A stretch of 51,282 nt of DNA from a virus (taxonomy: Duplodnaviria; Caudoviricetes): IMG/VR virus record IMGVR_UViG_3300028610_001208, positions 1-51,282 of that record. One strand, given 5' to 3'. The notes under the pieces are model-generated. The model was not told the DNA's origin. It did no database searches and saw only the letters and a program-made list of their open reading frames with translations. Positions 15,079-25,529 of the stretch are shown here, piece after piece. Within the stretch, counting starts at the first letter, position 1; every line of letters starts with the position of its first letter. The translations under genes were made by a program, and so were the position numbers.

Positions 15079-15522
15079 ATGATGACGCAAACCATGACCA
15101 GCACGGGCGTTACCCTGCAGGTGACAAGCTGCTGTGTGTGTGGCACGGAGTTCGCGGTGCCTCTCGCCATGCTCAGGGCCAGACAAGAATCGGGGGGTGA
15201 TCTGTACTGCCCCAGCGGCCACTGTCTCACATGGAACGAGACGGAAGTGAAGGAGCTGCGCCGCCAGCTCGCGGGCGAGCAGCAAAAGGTCAACATGGAA
15301 CGTGAATATGTGCGTTGTGAGCGCCTACGACGCATGGCTGAACAAGAGCGCCACGAACATACGAAGCGTCGACTATCTGCCACGCAGGGCGTTGTCACCA
15401 AGACCAAGAAGCGGGTCGGCGGCGGGGCGTGCCCATGCTGTAATCGGTTCTTCCCGAAGCTGCGTAAGCACATGAAGTCGAAGCACCCCGAGTACGCTGC
15501 GGATGTCAGTCTTCCAGCGTAA
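15079..15522 (+). CDS. Zinc-finger/coiled-coil protein
   Basis: CCVCG..F, YCPSGH and a C-terminal CPCC...HMKSKH (C2H2). Confidence 0.8.
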   Translation: MMTQTMTSTGVTLQVTSCCVCGTEFAVPLAMLRARQESGGDLYCPSGHCLTWNETEVKELRRQLAGEQQKVNMEREYVRCERLRRMAEQERHEHTKRRLSATQGVVTKTKKRVGGGACPCCNRFFPKLRKHMKSKHPEYAADVSLPA

Positions 15523-18500
15523 GCTCGTCGCCGAAGTGCTCCATGGCCTGATAGAACGTGTTGCGGCTGCGAATGAATGACGTGGTCATGCGCAGCGGGT
15601 TGCTCTTCTGGTAGATGCGGCGCCCGGAGTCGCGCCAGTCCTGTCGGTGCTTGTCGAGTAGCGCCTTCTTTCCGGTGACGCCCTTCTGCTTCCACTTCTG
15701 GAGTAGTGCGCCCTCTTTGGAGATCGTACCGGACCGCAGGTTGCGTTTCTTGCGCGTCTCACCGCGATCGAAGTGGTCCATGGCGTCCACGACGTCGGAC
15801 AGCGCCTCGTCTTGGATCTGTTCGCGCGTCGCGGTCTTCGGCGTGAACAGCATCATATCGAGAGCGATAGACCACAGCCGTGCAGAGCCCTCCAGCATGA
15901 GTCGTTGCTCGCGCTGCAACTCGGTTTCGTCCACTCGGTCGCTCGCTGCGATCTCCTGAAGCTCGCCCAGCTTGTCGTACATGCGGTCGACGATGCGCGG
16001 AGACGGTCCGGGGCGACGGTGTACGATGCGCCCGATGACCGCGGTGTTCGACCATTGCGGCTCCAGCAGGATCTCTTCGGAGCCCAGGCCCAGTAGTTCG
16101 AGCAGGTCTCTCGAGACTCCGCCGAACGTCCCCTTGATCGCGTTGTCCAGCTTCTTGGGAGACAGTCCCGTGAGTGCTCCCAGGTTGACGGAGAAGCGAG
16201 TCGTGTACTCGCTGTACTGTTCTTCCGTCGGCTTGCGGGCCAGGGCGTCGCTCACGATCGGACGGTCGGAGAAGAAGTTCTTATTCATGCCCCATTCCAT
16301 GGGCACCAACGCGACAGTGGGCAACACCTGCTGGAGCGCCGACATCATAGCGCCATTGGGCGACTCGCCGAGCAGCGCCTGCGACGTGAAGTTCACCGGG
16401 GTCATGAATCCCAGCGTCTCACCGAACCAACGCTCCATGGTCTCCGGATCCTGCCGGTACGCGAGGTTCGCGAACCGCTCCGGGATGCTGGCGAACAACT
16501 GGCCGAACTCGAAGGCACGCGGGATGCGCAGAATCTCTTTCGTGAACGGGATCTCGACGTGCCAGTACAGCGACCGTTCGTCGTCGGTGAGCTGCTTGTA
16601 CCATTCCTTGTCCCGGTTCGCCCACCACAGGGCCATGGTCGGGATCGTGAACGCCGAGATTCCTCGCATGTAAGCGCGCAGCCGTTGCTTGCGCGTGCCC
16701 GTGAACAGGCTGCGGGCGAACAGGCGGGCACCTTGGAGTGTCGCGTTGAAGAACGGCACGATCTGATTGATGGACCGCGACAAGTCCCCGGCGGCCGTGA
16801 AATCGACGGTCGCCCGCTTGCCGGCCAGGACGATTTTGACCATCTGGTCGAACGAGATCGGCGTACCCGGCTGCCAGCCGACGTCCTTGGCCACCTGAGT
16901 CATTTCCGCGACTCGAGCCGCCGTCTCGGGGAACTGGATCAGGTCGACGTAAGTCGACAGCACTTTTCCGGCAGCGTTCTTGGCTGTCCGAGGCCCGTGC
17001 TGGAGACTCCACAGGTCACGCGTCGAGAATCCCGCGATCTGACGGGTGAGCCGACGCGTGTCCGAAAGCTCCTGGCCGAGCCGCTGCATGGTGATCCGGG
17101 CGCCCAGGCTCTCGTACAGCTCCCGGACCGGTGCGGTCTTCGTCTTGAGCGGCAGTGCGCCTAGGAACCCGTCTTGCATGCCCGCCATCCAGCCGGTGAA
17201 TAGTTGGAACGCGTTTCCGTGGGCCTGGCTGTTGATGAGCAGTGTCTGGACGTCTCGGAATGTGTTGGTCACCAAGCCGAATGAAGCACGGTACGCGGTG
17301 TTTCCGAGACGTGCCCACTTGGCCGGCTTCCCCGCCCAGCGCATGAACTTGCCGGTGCCGAGTAGATTCTCGGGGGAGACGCCGCGAATGGCGTCGTAGA
17401 GTGCCGGGTCGAACTCGTAGAACTGGATCTCATTGTTGCGGTAGACGGCGACCCGCGGCCGGCCGTCCGGATCGGTCCGCGGCTGGAGCGCGGGCGAGAA
17501 GAAGGCGACCATTTCCTCGAGCAGCGCCTGATCGCCGCCCTCCTGTACCGCTGTGATCGCCTCTTCGAGCTGCTCGGCGTCCGGGCTCTTGCTGGCGGTC
17601 CGACCCAGCTCGCTCTTGACGCGCTGCAGCAGGTTGTCCAGGTCGGTCCGGAAAGCGACGGCTTGGTGGCGTGGGATCCGCTCGACGAACGCACCGAGGC
17701 CGGGGATCGTGTTGGCCATGGAGATCAGGTGCTCGACGATGAGCGCCTGCTGGGCCGACTGCACCATCTTGACCGCGTTGTTCACCGTGGTTTCGAGCGG
17801 CGCCACGATCCGCCGACTGCTCCCGCGGAGGCTCTTGATGATGTCCGCGCCGTCGATCGAGCCCTGCGTGCGGTGGTACGCGCTCGTAATCGTGTCAAGT
17901 TCCCGGGCGAGCGGCATGTAGTGGCCCGGGTCGGCCTCTCGGATACGCTGGACCATGTGCGCCATGCTCGGCGACGCCTGGGCCAGATAGTCCAGAACCC
18001 CCTCGTTCCAGCGGTAGAAGATCGAGGCGGCTCGCTTGAAATCCCGTAGCTCCGGGTCTCTGTACTTGTTCTGAAGCTCCTGCATCAGCCCGTCGACCTG
18101 CGGCATGGTCACCCCAGCGTCGCGGCCCCCGGGGTGCCTCGGCGTGGGCCGGGACAGCGCCCTTGCCCGCTGTCCGTGCAGAAAGCTCACCCAGTCGGAG
18201 AGCATATCCTGGCCCTTGATGATCGTGTTGATTGTCTCCAGGGCCTCGATCCCTGTGCGCTGGCCAACTAGGTCAGTCATCCCTTTCTTGGCCCACGCCT
18301 CGACGATCCCCTGCGAGGAGCCACGGAACGTCGACGCGATATCGAACAGGTCGGTGCCGCGGAGCCGCTTGTCGACGCCGCCGGCTCGGACGTACGCGGT
18401 GTCCATGAACTGCTGGAGCGGGACCAGCGACTCGAACCACGTCCGCTTCATCCAGGGCAGCGCCTTGTACTTGAGATCGCGAGCCGCCTTCTTGGCTTTT

Positions 18501-21500
18501 TCGGCGAGCGAACTTGGATCCACTCTCGACCGCTCGATCTGCTGACTGGCGGTCATGGCCTGCCAGCGCTCGACTAGTTTCGTGGCCCGTTCGAGCGCTT
18601 TGCGGCCCTTGGGATGCTGGCCGAGCACCGTCGTATCGAAGTAGTCGTAGAAATTGGGGGCCAGGAGCTTGGCCTCGTCCCGGTTCTCGACCCAGAGCCG
18701 CACGAACTCCGCGAACCCCTCGCGCTGGTACCCCCCAGTGGGCACCTTCTCGCCGTACAGCGCCTTGCCGAGTGCGACCAGCTCAGACTTGGCGTTAGCG
18801 TCCTTGACTGACCGGAAAAATCTCCTGTTGCTCTTGTCGACGAACGAGTTACCCCAGACCAATGCCTCCAGGGCGTGGGCGACCTCATGGGCGGCGGTCG
18901 CGAAGTCGTCGGAGTTCCGAACGCGAGTCACCTCGTAGGGACTGATGAAGTATCCGAGCACCTGGCGGCTGAAGACGCCTTTCTTGATGCGCGATACCTG
19001 TTGCATCGAGCTGCTTCGGAACGCGAGCAGCACGTCCTCCAGGGCGTGGAATATGTCGGTTACAGACGTCGTACGCAGCTTTTTGTGGTTCTCTGGTACC
19101 GGACTCGGGTCGGGTCCGCCGATCGGATTGATCGTGCTTCCGGACGCACCACTGTATGGCGGGAGCAGCGATTGGTTGATCGAACCGGTAGTCGGAGGCG
19201 ACTGGCTGGCCGGATCGTCGCCGTAGCCTTTCAGTGGCGCGTCGAACAGTCCAAGCTGGCCCGATTCTTGGTCGATCTTTCGCTGCCTGGCCCCGGCTTT
19301 GGACGCCTCAACATCCTCGCCGAACTTCAAATTTTCCTCGCCTAATTTTAACTGGCGCCCGGCAGTGCCCGCTTTCGACTCGCCCTCTTCCCGCTGGCCA
19401 AGCAGATCGGCCTCTGCCGGCGGAAGGCCCTTCGTCATTTCCTCGGTTACGGACTCCGGAACCTCGCTTTTGATGGCCTCAAGGGCGTTTCTGACGTTCT
19501 GAGCGTCTTCCGGGCGGCCCTGCTTCACTCGGGCGATCATGGCGCCCTCGTCCACGATCGTACCCAGCGACTTGGCCGCGGCCGTGATGGCCGCCGAGCT
19601 CTCGTTCGCCTTGTTGACGACCAGTGCCCGCTGGAACGCTTCGACCATTTGGGCCTGCTGCTGCTTCGTGAACCGAGGAGCCGGCGTGAACGGCACCTCG
19701 GCGGCCTCTGAGAGCCCCGGGTTCTGGGAGGCGCCAGCATCCACCCGATAGCCGCGATTGCCCAGAGGCGCCTCCTGTGACTCCGTGGGCAACCCTGAGA
19801 CGGAATCTACGACCTCGTCCAGGTGCCGGAACGGGAAGGGTCCGCGTACGTTCTCGCCGTTGGCGTCCGACAGGTATGCCTCGTACCCCTCCTGGGTCTG
19901 GAATACGTCGAATCGCTGGCCCTCCGAGTCGCTGGTAAAGACCAGCGCCTCGTTCTGCGGTCCGAACTTGTGGCGGCTCGCCTGCTCCCTGTTGAATTCG
20001 GCGATCTTCCGCGCGATACCCAAATCGACGATTCCGGACACTTCCCGGTCGGTCTTCGCCGACTGGACGAAGCTGCCGGCGTCGTAGCTGATGACGAAAT
20101 CCGGCCCCACCACCAGTTCCGGCTCACCCTCGCCGTCGACCAGTTCGATCCGATCGTCGGCGGCCGTGACGATGTACTCGATGCCGTTGAACTCGATCGA
20201 GTCGCCGACCTTGAGCTTTCCGCCCGTGATCTGCTCGTGCGCGCCGCTGTTGAGCACCTGCCAACTGAGCAGCGACGCCGCGTCCTTGGGCGTGTAGGTG
20301 CTGTACGGATTCGACTGATTGTCGTCGTAGTCGCGCCGCAACTGAGCTAGGGCTCGATTGATCTGGGCCGCGCCCGCCTTTGAGCCTTTGTCGGCGACCT
20401 CGCGTACGGCCTGAAACTCCAGAGTGTTGACGATGAACTCGTTCAGGCCTACTCCTGGCAGGATGACGTCCAGGTAGGGCTGCAACTCGTCGGCCAGGAT
20501 GTTGATCCGTCCACGATTCTCGGCCGACAGATCGCCCACCCAGCGGACCTGGTTTCTGAGGTTCTTGGGCAGATTCTCGCGGAGCGACTCGACCTCGCCA
20601 TTGCCCTCCAGCGTGTACGGGGGCAGAAACTCGTTGTGTGCGATCGGCGTCAGGTCTTCCAGGGCCTCGATCGTCCCGTCATCGAACGTATCGACCATCG
20701 ACCGCAGCTCGCCGCTGGCCGATCGGTCCTGGATCATGGCGACGAGTGCGTTTCGAAGCTCGGCCGCGCCACGCTTCGGCCCCTCCCTCGTTCGCCGGTC
20801 CGGTCGGACCTGCTCTCGGGAGACCTTGATCTGCTGACGGCTCTTCGGCCCGCCGATTTGGACCTGAAACCCGTCCTCCTCGACCGCCACTATGGTGCCC
20901 TTGACTGTCCGAGACTTAGCCGGGTCCGGGCGGACGTGGACGCGTACGCCCTCTTGGAGCGACTCGACGCCCTGTTCTCGGTCCTTCCGCTCGGCCTCCT
21001 GCTCTCGCCTGACGGTTTCGGGGATGTGCTTGCCGAGCTTGACCTGGGCCGCGTAGGTCTGCGCCGCCTCGGGATCGTACTGAGCCCAGATTTCGAATGC
21101 CTCTTGTGCCCGCTCGTTCAGCCCTGTAGCGATGTATCCGTTGACCGCATGCCTGAATCGCTTGTTCCCGTCCTCTGTGAAGTTCGGGTTGCCCGTCTCG
21201 TAGTGGGCGACCGCCGAGGCGAGCGACAGGTTCGGATAGTCCATGTGCTGGCCGTCAGAGTCGAACCAAAACGCCGCTGCGAACTTCTCATCGTTCTGAT
21301 CGACGCCCTGTAGGCCCTTGGCGATGACTCTCGGCCGCGACGTGTTGAGGGCCTGTTGTGACCGATTAAGCCCCGCCGACGGGGCTGGTGCGCGCTCGGC
21401 CTCAATCTTGGACAGCGACAACAGCCGTCGCAGGTCTTTGATGTACTGCTTGCGTGGGTCGTTATCGAACATCCGGGCGCCCGACGTGTACACCGCGGGC

Positions 21501-23569
21501 CCGAAGACTTCGCGCAGGCTTTCTTCTAGCGCCCGCACCCGATTGGTCGCCGACAGGCTCGGATTCGATTCGATCTCCTCCAGCCCAGCCAGCGTATCCT
21601 CCAGTAGCGTGCGCTGTGCGTTGGATTTCGGGTTGTAGCCGGAGTAGCCTAACTTGTCGGCCTTGTTCAGTGCCGGACCGCGCTGATTTTTGAGGATTCC
21701 GACGTGCTGCTCGACGATGTTGGCCATCCGCTGCCGGTCCATCGGGGTGATCGGATCGTTGTCGCCGGCCTTGCCGCTCTGGTGTGCGGCGGTGTGCGAC
21801 TCCGGAACGAAGCGGTAGAGATTCCTGCGGCTCGGGTTCCGCATGAACTCCATAGCCTCGACCATCCGGCCTTTCATCGCGTGCATGACGATCGGAGATG
21901 ACGTCAGTGCGGCGCGCATGGGCGAATTGCCGCCGAGCGCCACGTCGGCAAGCGACCCCGCTCCGCCCTCCTTGGCTTGGAGCAGGGCCGTGGCGTCCTT
22001 TTGGTTCACGGCGTACGCCATACCGAGCGGAACACCTTGGAACAACGCGAACGAGACGCCCATTTGCAGCGCCTCTTTGAACGTCGGGTAGTGAGGATAC
22101 AGCTCGAGCCGGTCGTCGCTCATCCACATGGCCATTTGTTTGAGCGCTGGCGCGATAAACTCCTCGGCGATCTCCGGAACCGGGCCGTTGAACAGGATCA
22201 TGTTGCGCGAGAAGTCCGCGAAGCTCATGCGGGTGCGCAGCTGCTTCTTAGTCGCCTCCTCGACGCCTCGGGCGACGGCTCCGGTTCGGGCGCCGGCCTT
22301 GCCGAGCGCCGGAACCTTCTTCGCAAGCCAGCCGATCGCTGGTTTCGAGAGTCCGCGCAGCATGAACGCCAGTGGGCGGCCGGTGTTCTCGGAGAATATC
22401 TCCAAGACCTGGCCGACGTAGTGATTGCGAAACGCCTCGTCGAATCCGACACCCGACCGAGTTGAGACCAGTTGAAACGCCCCACTCTCCTTGTCGAACC
22501 GGCCATGTACGGTCGGCAGCGAATCCTGCACTGCGCCTGCCGTGATATTAGGGATCCACACGGATGAACTGCCGACGACCCCGACGCCAATCGAGTCCGC
22601 GAGCCATGTCGCGACCTTGGCTCCGACCGAACGAGCCCTCTTGCGTGCCATTGTTTTCGCGGTGTTTTTCGAGACCTGGCCGAGCAGCATCTTCGCCGTC
22701 AACTCGCCCTGCCGCTTGGCGATCGCCTTGGCGAAAGCCTTTTTAGCGGCAACCTTTCCGCCTTTGAGGAGGGCCTGCTTTCCTGCCTGATACAGCCCCA
22801 TGCTCGCGCCGATCTCGATCGCGTAGGCCGGCAGCTCGCTCGTTAAATCGGCGATCGCCCCCGGCCATGTTCGTCCGCGAATGTCGGCGATCATTTCGTC
22901 CTGCATCGCGACGATCACAGAGAGGTCCGCGCCATTCTCTTCGCCGGCCAGGATTCGACTGTTGGCCTCGAGCATGTCGAACATGGATCCGAACGCCATC
23001 GCGTCGCGGAGGAACGGGAACACCTCTAGTTTGGCGGTCTTGTTCGTCAGAACCTCGACGACTCCTCGCTCGCCGGGAAGTTTCTCTGGGGCAGGCGCAT
23101 CGATCCCCTGCGCTGATAGTCCGGCCTCGTCGTATAGTTCTTGGAGGGCAGCGTGCCGATCTTCTGGTCGACCGGAGATGAATTCGGGATCCTGCGCGGC
23201 CATCATCCAGAGCGAGTTTTCGGTGATGCGGCGACGCAGTGCCCGCACGTCCGGATCCCCTGGTCGCTTGCCTGGAGCACCGAGGGCAAACTCGAGAGGG
23301 TCATCTTGTTTCGGAAACTCCGTTTTGGATGTCGCCTGGTAGTCCCACCAGTTCGTAATCGGACGCGACTCCAGCTTGTCGAGGGTCTCGCGCACGTTGG
23401 GGTCAAGCTGGGAGAACGGACTGAACGCCGCGGCCAGTGCGCCGCCGACGCCGCCACCCTTATCGAGCCGCTGCTGCGCGTCGAAGCGCTGAGCCATGGC
23501 GTCGAGTGAGGTTTCGACATCGGGCAGGAGTTCGTCCGTGAGCGGCGGCGGTGTGGCGAATCGCGTCAT
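15506..23569 (-). CDS. Large polyvalent protein / internal virion (ejection) protein with zincin-like peptidase and LPD38-like domains
   Basis: 2687 aa; last gene of the virion operon; HEVAH...EGFAEF; C-terminal PFFNA..QG, RIPRAFEFG, NKNFFSDRPIV and SPKKLD pattern. Confidence 0.8.
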   Translation of the reverse strand: MTRFATPPPLTDELLPDVETSLDAMAQRFDAQQRLDKGGGVGGALAAAFSPFSQLDPNVRETLDKLESRPITNWWDYQATSKTEFPKQDDPLEFALGAPGKRPGDPDVRALRRRITENSLWMMAAQDPEFISGRPEDRHAALQELYDEAGLSAQGIDAPAPEKLPGERGVVEVLTNKTAKLEVFPFLRDAMAFGSMFDMLEANSRILAGEENGADLSVIVAMQDEMIADIRGRTWPGAIADLTSELPAYAIEIGASMGLYQAGKQALLKGGKVAAKKAFAKAIAKRQGELTAKMLLGQVSKNTAKTMARKRARSVGAKVATWLADSIGVGVVGSSSVWIPNITAGAVQDSLPTVHGRFDKESGAFQLVSTRSGVGFDEAFRNHYVGQVLEIFSENTGRPLAFMLRGLSKPAIGWLAKKVPALGKAGARTGAVARGVEEATKKQLRTRMSFADFSRNMILFNGPVPEIAEEFIAPALKQMAMWMSDDRLELYPHYPTFKEALQMGVSFALFQGVPLGMAYAVNQKDATALLQAKEGGAGSLADVALGGNSPMRAALTSSPIVMHAMKGRMVEAMEFMRNPSRRNLYRFVPESHTAAHQSGKAGDNDPITPMDRQRMANIVEQHVGILKNQRGPALNKADKLGYSGYNPKSNAQRTLLEDTLAGLEEIESNPSLSATNRVRALEESLREVFGPAVYTSGARMFDNDPRKQYIKDLRRLLSLSKIEAERAPAPSAGLNRSQQALNTSRPRVIAKGLQGVDQNDEKFAAAFWFDSDGQHMDYPNLSLASAVAHYETGNPNFTEDGNKRFRHAVNGYIATGLNERAQEAFEIWAQYDPEAAQTYAAQVKLGKHIPETVRREQEAERKDREQGVESLQEGVRVHVRPDPAKSRTVKGTIVAVEEDGFQVQIGGPKSRQQIKVSREQVRPDRRTREGPKRGAAELRNALVAMIQDRSASGELRSMVDTFDDGTIEALEDLTPIAHNEFLPPYTLEGNGEVESLRENLPKNLRNQVRWVGDLSAENRGRINILADELQPYLDVILPGVGLNEFIVNTLEFQAVREVADKGSKAGAAQINRALAQLRRDYDDNQSNPYSTYTPKDAASLLSWQVLNSGAHEQITGGKLKVGDSIEFNGIEYIVTAADDRIELVDGEGEPELVVGPDFVISYDAGSFVQSAKTDREVSGIVDLGIARKIAEFNREQASRHKFGPQNEALVFTSDSEGQRFDVFQTQEGYEAYLSDANGENVRGPFPFRHLDEVVDSVSGLPTESQEAPLGNRGYRVDAGASQNPGLSEAAEVPFTPAPRFTKQQQAQMVEAFQRALVVNKANESSAAITAAAKSLGTIVDEGAMIARVKQGRPEDAQNVRNALEAIKSEVPESVTEEMTKGLPPAEADLLGQREEGESKAGTAGRQLKLGEENLKFGEDVEASKAGARQRKIDQESGQLGLFDAPLKGYGDDPASQSPPTTGSINQSLLPPYSGASGSTINPIGGPDPSPVPENHKKLRTTSVTDIFHALEDVLLAFRSSSMQQVSRIKKGVFSRQVLGYFISPYEVTRVRNSDDFATAAHEVAHALEALVWGNSFVDKSNRRFFRSVKDANAKSELVALGKALYGEKVPTGGYQREGFAEFVRLWVENRDEAKLLAPNFYDYFDTTVLGQHPKGRKALERATKLVERWQAMTASQQIERSRVDPSSLAEKAKKAARDLKYKALPWMKRTWFESLVPLQQFMDTAYVRAGGVDKRLRGTDLFDIASTFRGSSQGIVEAWAKKGMTDLVGQRTGIEALETINTIIKGQDMLSDWVSFLHGQRARALSRPTPRHPGGRDAGVTMPQVDGLMQELQNKYRDPELRDFKRAASIFYRWNEGVLDYLAQASPSMAHMVQRIREADPGHYMPLARELDTITSAYHRTQGSIDGADIIKSLRGSSRRIVAPLETTVNNAVKMVQSAQQALIVEHLISMANTIPGLGAFVERIPRHQAVAFRTDLDNLLQRVKSELGRTASKSPDAEQLEEAITAVQEGGDQALLEEMVAFFSPALQPRTDPDGRPRVAVYRNNEIQFYEFDPALYDAIRGVSPENLLGTGKFMRWAGKPAKWARLGNTAYRASFGLVTNTFRDVQTLLINSQAHGNAFQLFTGWMAGMQDGFLGALPLKTKTAPVRELYESLGARITMQRLGQELSDTRRLTRQIAGFSTRDLWSLQHGPRTAKNAAGKVLSTYVDLIQFPETAARVAEMTQVAKDVGWQPGTPISFDQMVKIVLAGKRATVDFTAAGDLSRSINQIVPFFNATLQGARLFARSLFTGTRKQRLRAYMRGISAFTIPTMALWWANRDKEWYKQLTDDERSLYWHVEIPFTKEILRIPRAFEFGQLFASIPERFANLAYRQDPETMERWFGETLGFMTPVNFTSQALLGESPNGAMMSALQQVLPTVALVPMEWGMNKNFFSDRPIVSDALARKPTEEQYSEYTTRFSVNLGALTGLSPKKLDNAIKGTFGGVSRDLLELLGLGSEEILLEPQWSNTAVIGRIVHRRPGPSPRIVDRMYDKLGELQEIAASDRVDETELQREQRLMLEGSARLWSIALDMMLFTPKTATREQIQDEALSDVVDAMDHFDRGETRKKRNLRSGTISKEGALLQKWKQKGVTGKKALLDKHRQDWRDSGRRIYQKSNPLRMTTSFIRSRNTFYQAMEHFGDELTLED

Positions 23570-25515
23570 GGGGCAACCGCCGCTTCTCGGGCCGACCTCT
23601 GCCGCTGTTCGCCTTGGGCCTGGGCCCGTTGCACCACAGCGAAGAGCCGTCGGATGCGGAACGAGTCTTGTTCGTTGAGGTCGCTCACGTTACCGCCGGC
23701 AGCTTCGATTTCACTCACGATCCTGTTGAGCGCCGTGGCCGCCGCGTTCGGATTAGACTGGGGATTGGCTTCAAATCGCTGGAACACTGTATCCAATATT
23801 CGCTGCTGGTCCTGATTGAGCTTGCCTGTGCGCCCTGTAGCGGCCCCGATGCTGTCCGGCGAGCCATCTGGTACCGCGGGTGCGGGCGGAGCCGGTGCGG
23901 ACGGCGCAACAGGGTCGTTCCTACGCTTCATGAAATTCGGATCGCGGAACGTGTCGATGTACTTCTGGTGTAGTCGGTCAGGCAGGTCGTCCGGGAAGAC
24001 TTCCCGGCGAATTCGAGCGAGTTCGCTCACTCGTTCCTCTTGGCCAAGAGACTCGTCTAGCAGTGATTTCTCGAAATCGGAGCGAATCTTGATCAACGCC
24101 GTCTGATCGTCCATCCAGTCTTTGAACGCCGGGATGTTCCCCGGCAGGCTTCCGTCTCGCATGAGCGGGATACCCTCGCGCGAGTATCGGTCGGCCTCGA
24201 ACTGTTCGTTCGTGCCCTGGCGTAGCGGCTTGCCCTGGGTGACGCCGATCTTAGTGCCGTCCGGCATTGTGATGGATGACGGAAACAGCCCTGTCGACGT
24301 ATCGAAGTTCTTGACCACGTCGTCCATGATCTGAGTGACCGCACTACGCCCGTCTTGCTTGGGGCCGGACGGCGTGATGGCCCGCGTCTCCTCAAGCAAG
24401 CTCTGTAGAAAACGACCCTTCGGAACGTTCGGAAGCGGCCCGTTGAATACCTCGCCGGCTCCGATCACGTTGCGGGTGATGTCTCGGATTTGCTCCCCGC
24501 TGAAGCCGTTGGCGGCCGTCGCACTCTTACCGAGCTGCTGCATGTGCATTAACAGCTCTTCATTGCTCCGGCCTGTGGTCACTGAACCCGCGTCGTGCGC
24601 CAGCTTCGCGAGCTTCCCGGGTTCACCGGCGAACGCCAGCGCCCGTCCGCTGGTCGCAGTTGCTTGGCGACGACGCTTGTTGATACCGGCCGACATGTCC
24701 CTGGCGAACTGCTCTGGGTCGTCAGCCATTCTGCGGCGGTAGATGCCCATCAGGTTGTCGAGTTCCGCGCCCTGGCTCTTGCTGATCTTTCCGTTCGTCT
24801 CGAGTACTTCGCGCTGCATTTCGGCCAAATCGAAGGCGCGGTCGAAGACCTGCTTCGGCGATCCGCCCATCTGCGCGAGGAGCTCCATGACCTCTGTGGG
24901 CGACTCCGTGTTCGCAATCCCGGTCAGAAAGTCCTCGAATTTGGCGGATTCCTCTTCGGTAAGGGATTTTCCCTTCTTGCTGGCGCTCTTGATGTCCGCG
25001 AACGTCACCTCGGACGCCAGGTTGACGATATTGCCGAGCGCCTTTTGCTGGATCTCAGGGCCGAGATCGCCCCGCGCCGCCGCGGCCTCGAACGCGGACA
25101 GCCTCTCCTCCGGCTTCATGTCTTTCGTTGCCTCGGCGAGACTCCTGACGTTGTCGGTTACGACTTTTTCCTGCTCCATTTGGGCTGCGACCTGCGCGAT
25201 CGAGCCAATGGCGCCCCCGACGGTGTTCAAAGTCTGCGCGTTCTGCCCGCTGGTTTTGATGAACGCGCCGCCGACCCCACCTACAGCACCGCCGATGGCG
25301 GCCCCGGCCGCGATCGAAAGCCCGCCCGTAGGGATGGCGAGTATAGCTCCGAGTGCGGTTCCGACGCCCGAGCCGAGGCCAGCCATATTGCCTTCGTTGG
25401 CCTCCTCTGCCTTCTTCTCGGCGTCCTCGCGACGCTTCTTCTCCTGCCTGCCGAGCACAAAGCCCGTAATCGTGGCCAGCACCGGGTCTTGATCGAATCG
25501 CTTGACGATTGGCAT
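23566..25515 (-). CDS. Putative internal virion/DNA-ejection protein
   Basis: Gly/Ala-rich hydrophobic N-terminal hairpin (GTALGAILAIPTGGLSIAAGAAIGGAVG); position before the largest gene. Confidence 0.6.
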   Translation of the reverse strand: MPIVKRFDQDPVLATITGFVLGRQEKKRREDAEKKAEEANEGNMAGLGSGVGTALGAILAIPTGGLSIAAGAAIGGAVGGVGGAFIKTSGQNAQTLNTVGGAIGSIAQVAAQMEQEKVVTDNVRSLAEATKDMKPEERLSAFEAAAARGDLGPEIQQKALGNIVNLASEVTFADIKSASKKGKSLTEEESAKFEDFLTGIANTESPTEVMELLAQMGGSPKQVFDRAFDLAEMQREVLETNGKISKSQGAELDNLMGIYRRRMADDPEQFARDMSAGINKRRRQATATSGRALAFAGEPGKLAKLAHDAGSVTTGRSNEELLMHMQQLGKSATAANGFSGEQIRDITRNVIGAGEVFNGPLPNVPKGRFLQSLLEETRAITPSGPKQDGRSAVTQIMDDVVKNFDTSTGLFPSSITMPDGTKIGVTQGKPLRQGTNEQFEADRYSREGIPLMRDGSLPGNIPAFKDWMDDQTALIKIRSDFEKSLLDESLGQEERVSELARIRREVFPDDLPDRLHQKYIDTFRDPNFMKRRNDPVAPSAPAPPAPAVPDGSPDSIGAATGRTGKLNQDQQRILDTVFQRFEANPQSNPNAAATALNRIVSEIEAAGGNVSDLNEQDSFRIRRLFAVVQRAQAQGEQRQRSAREAAVAP

Positions 25516-25529
25516 TTATCGGCTCCCGG

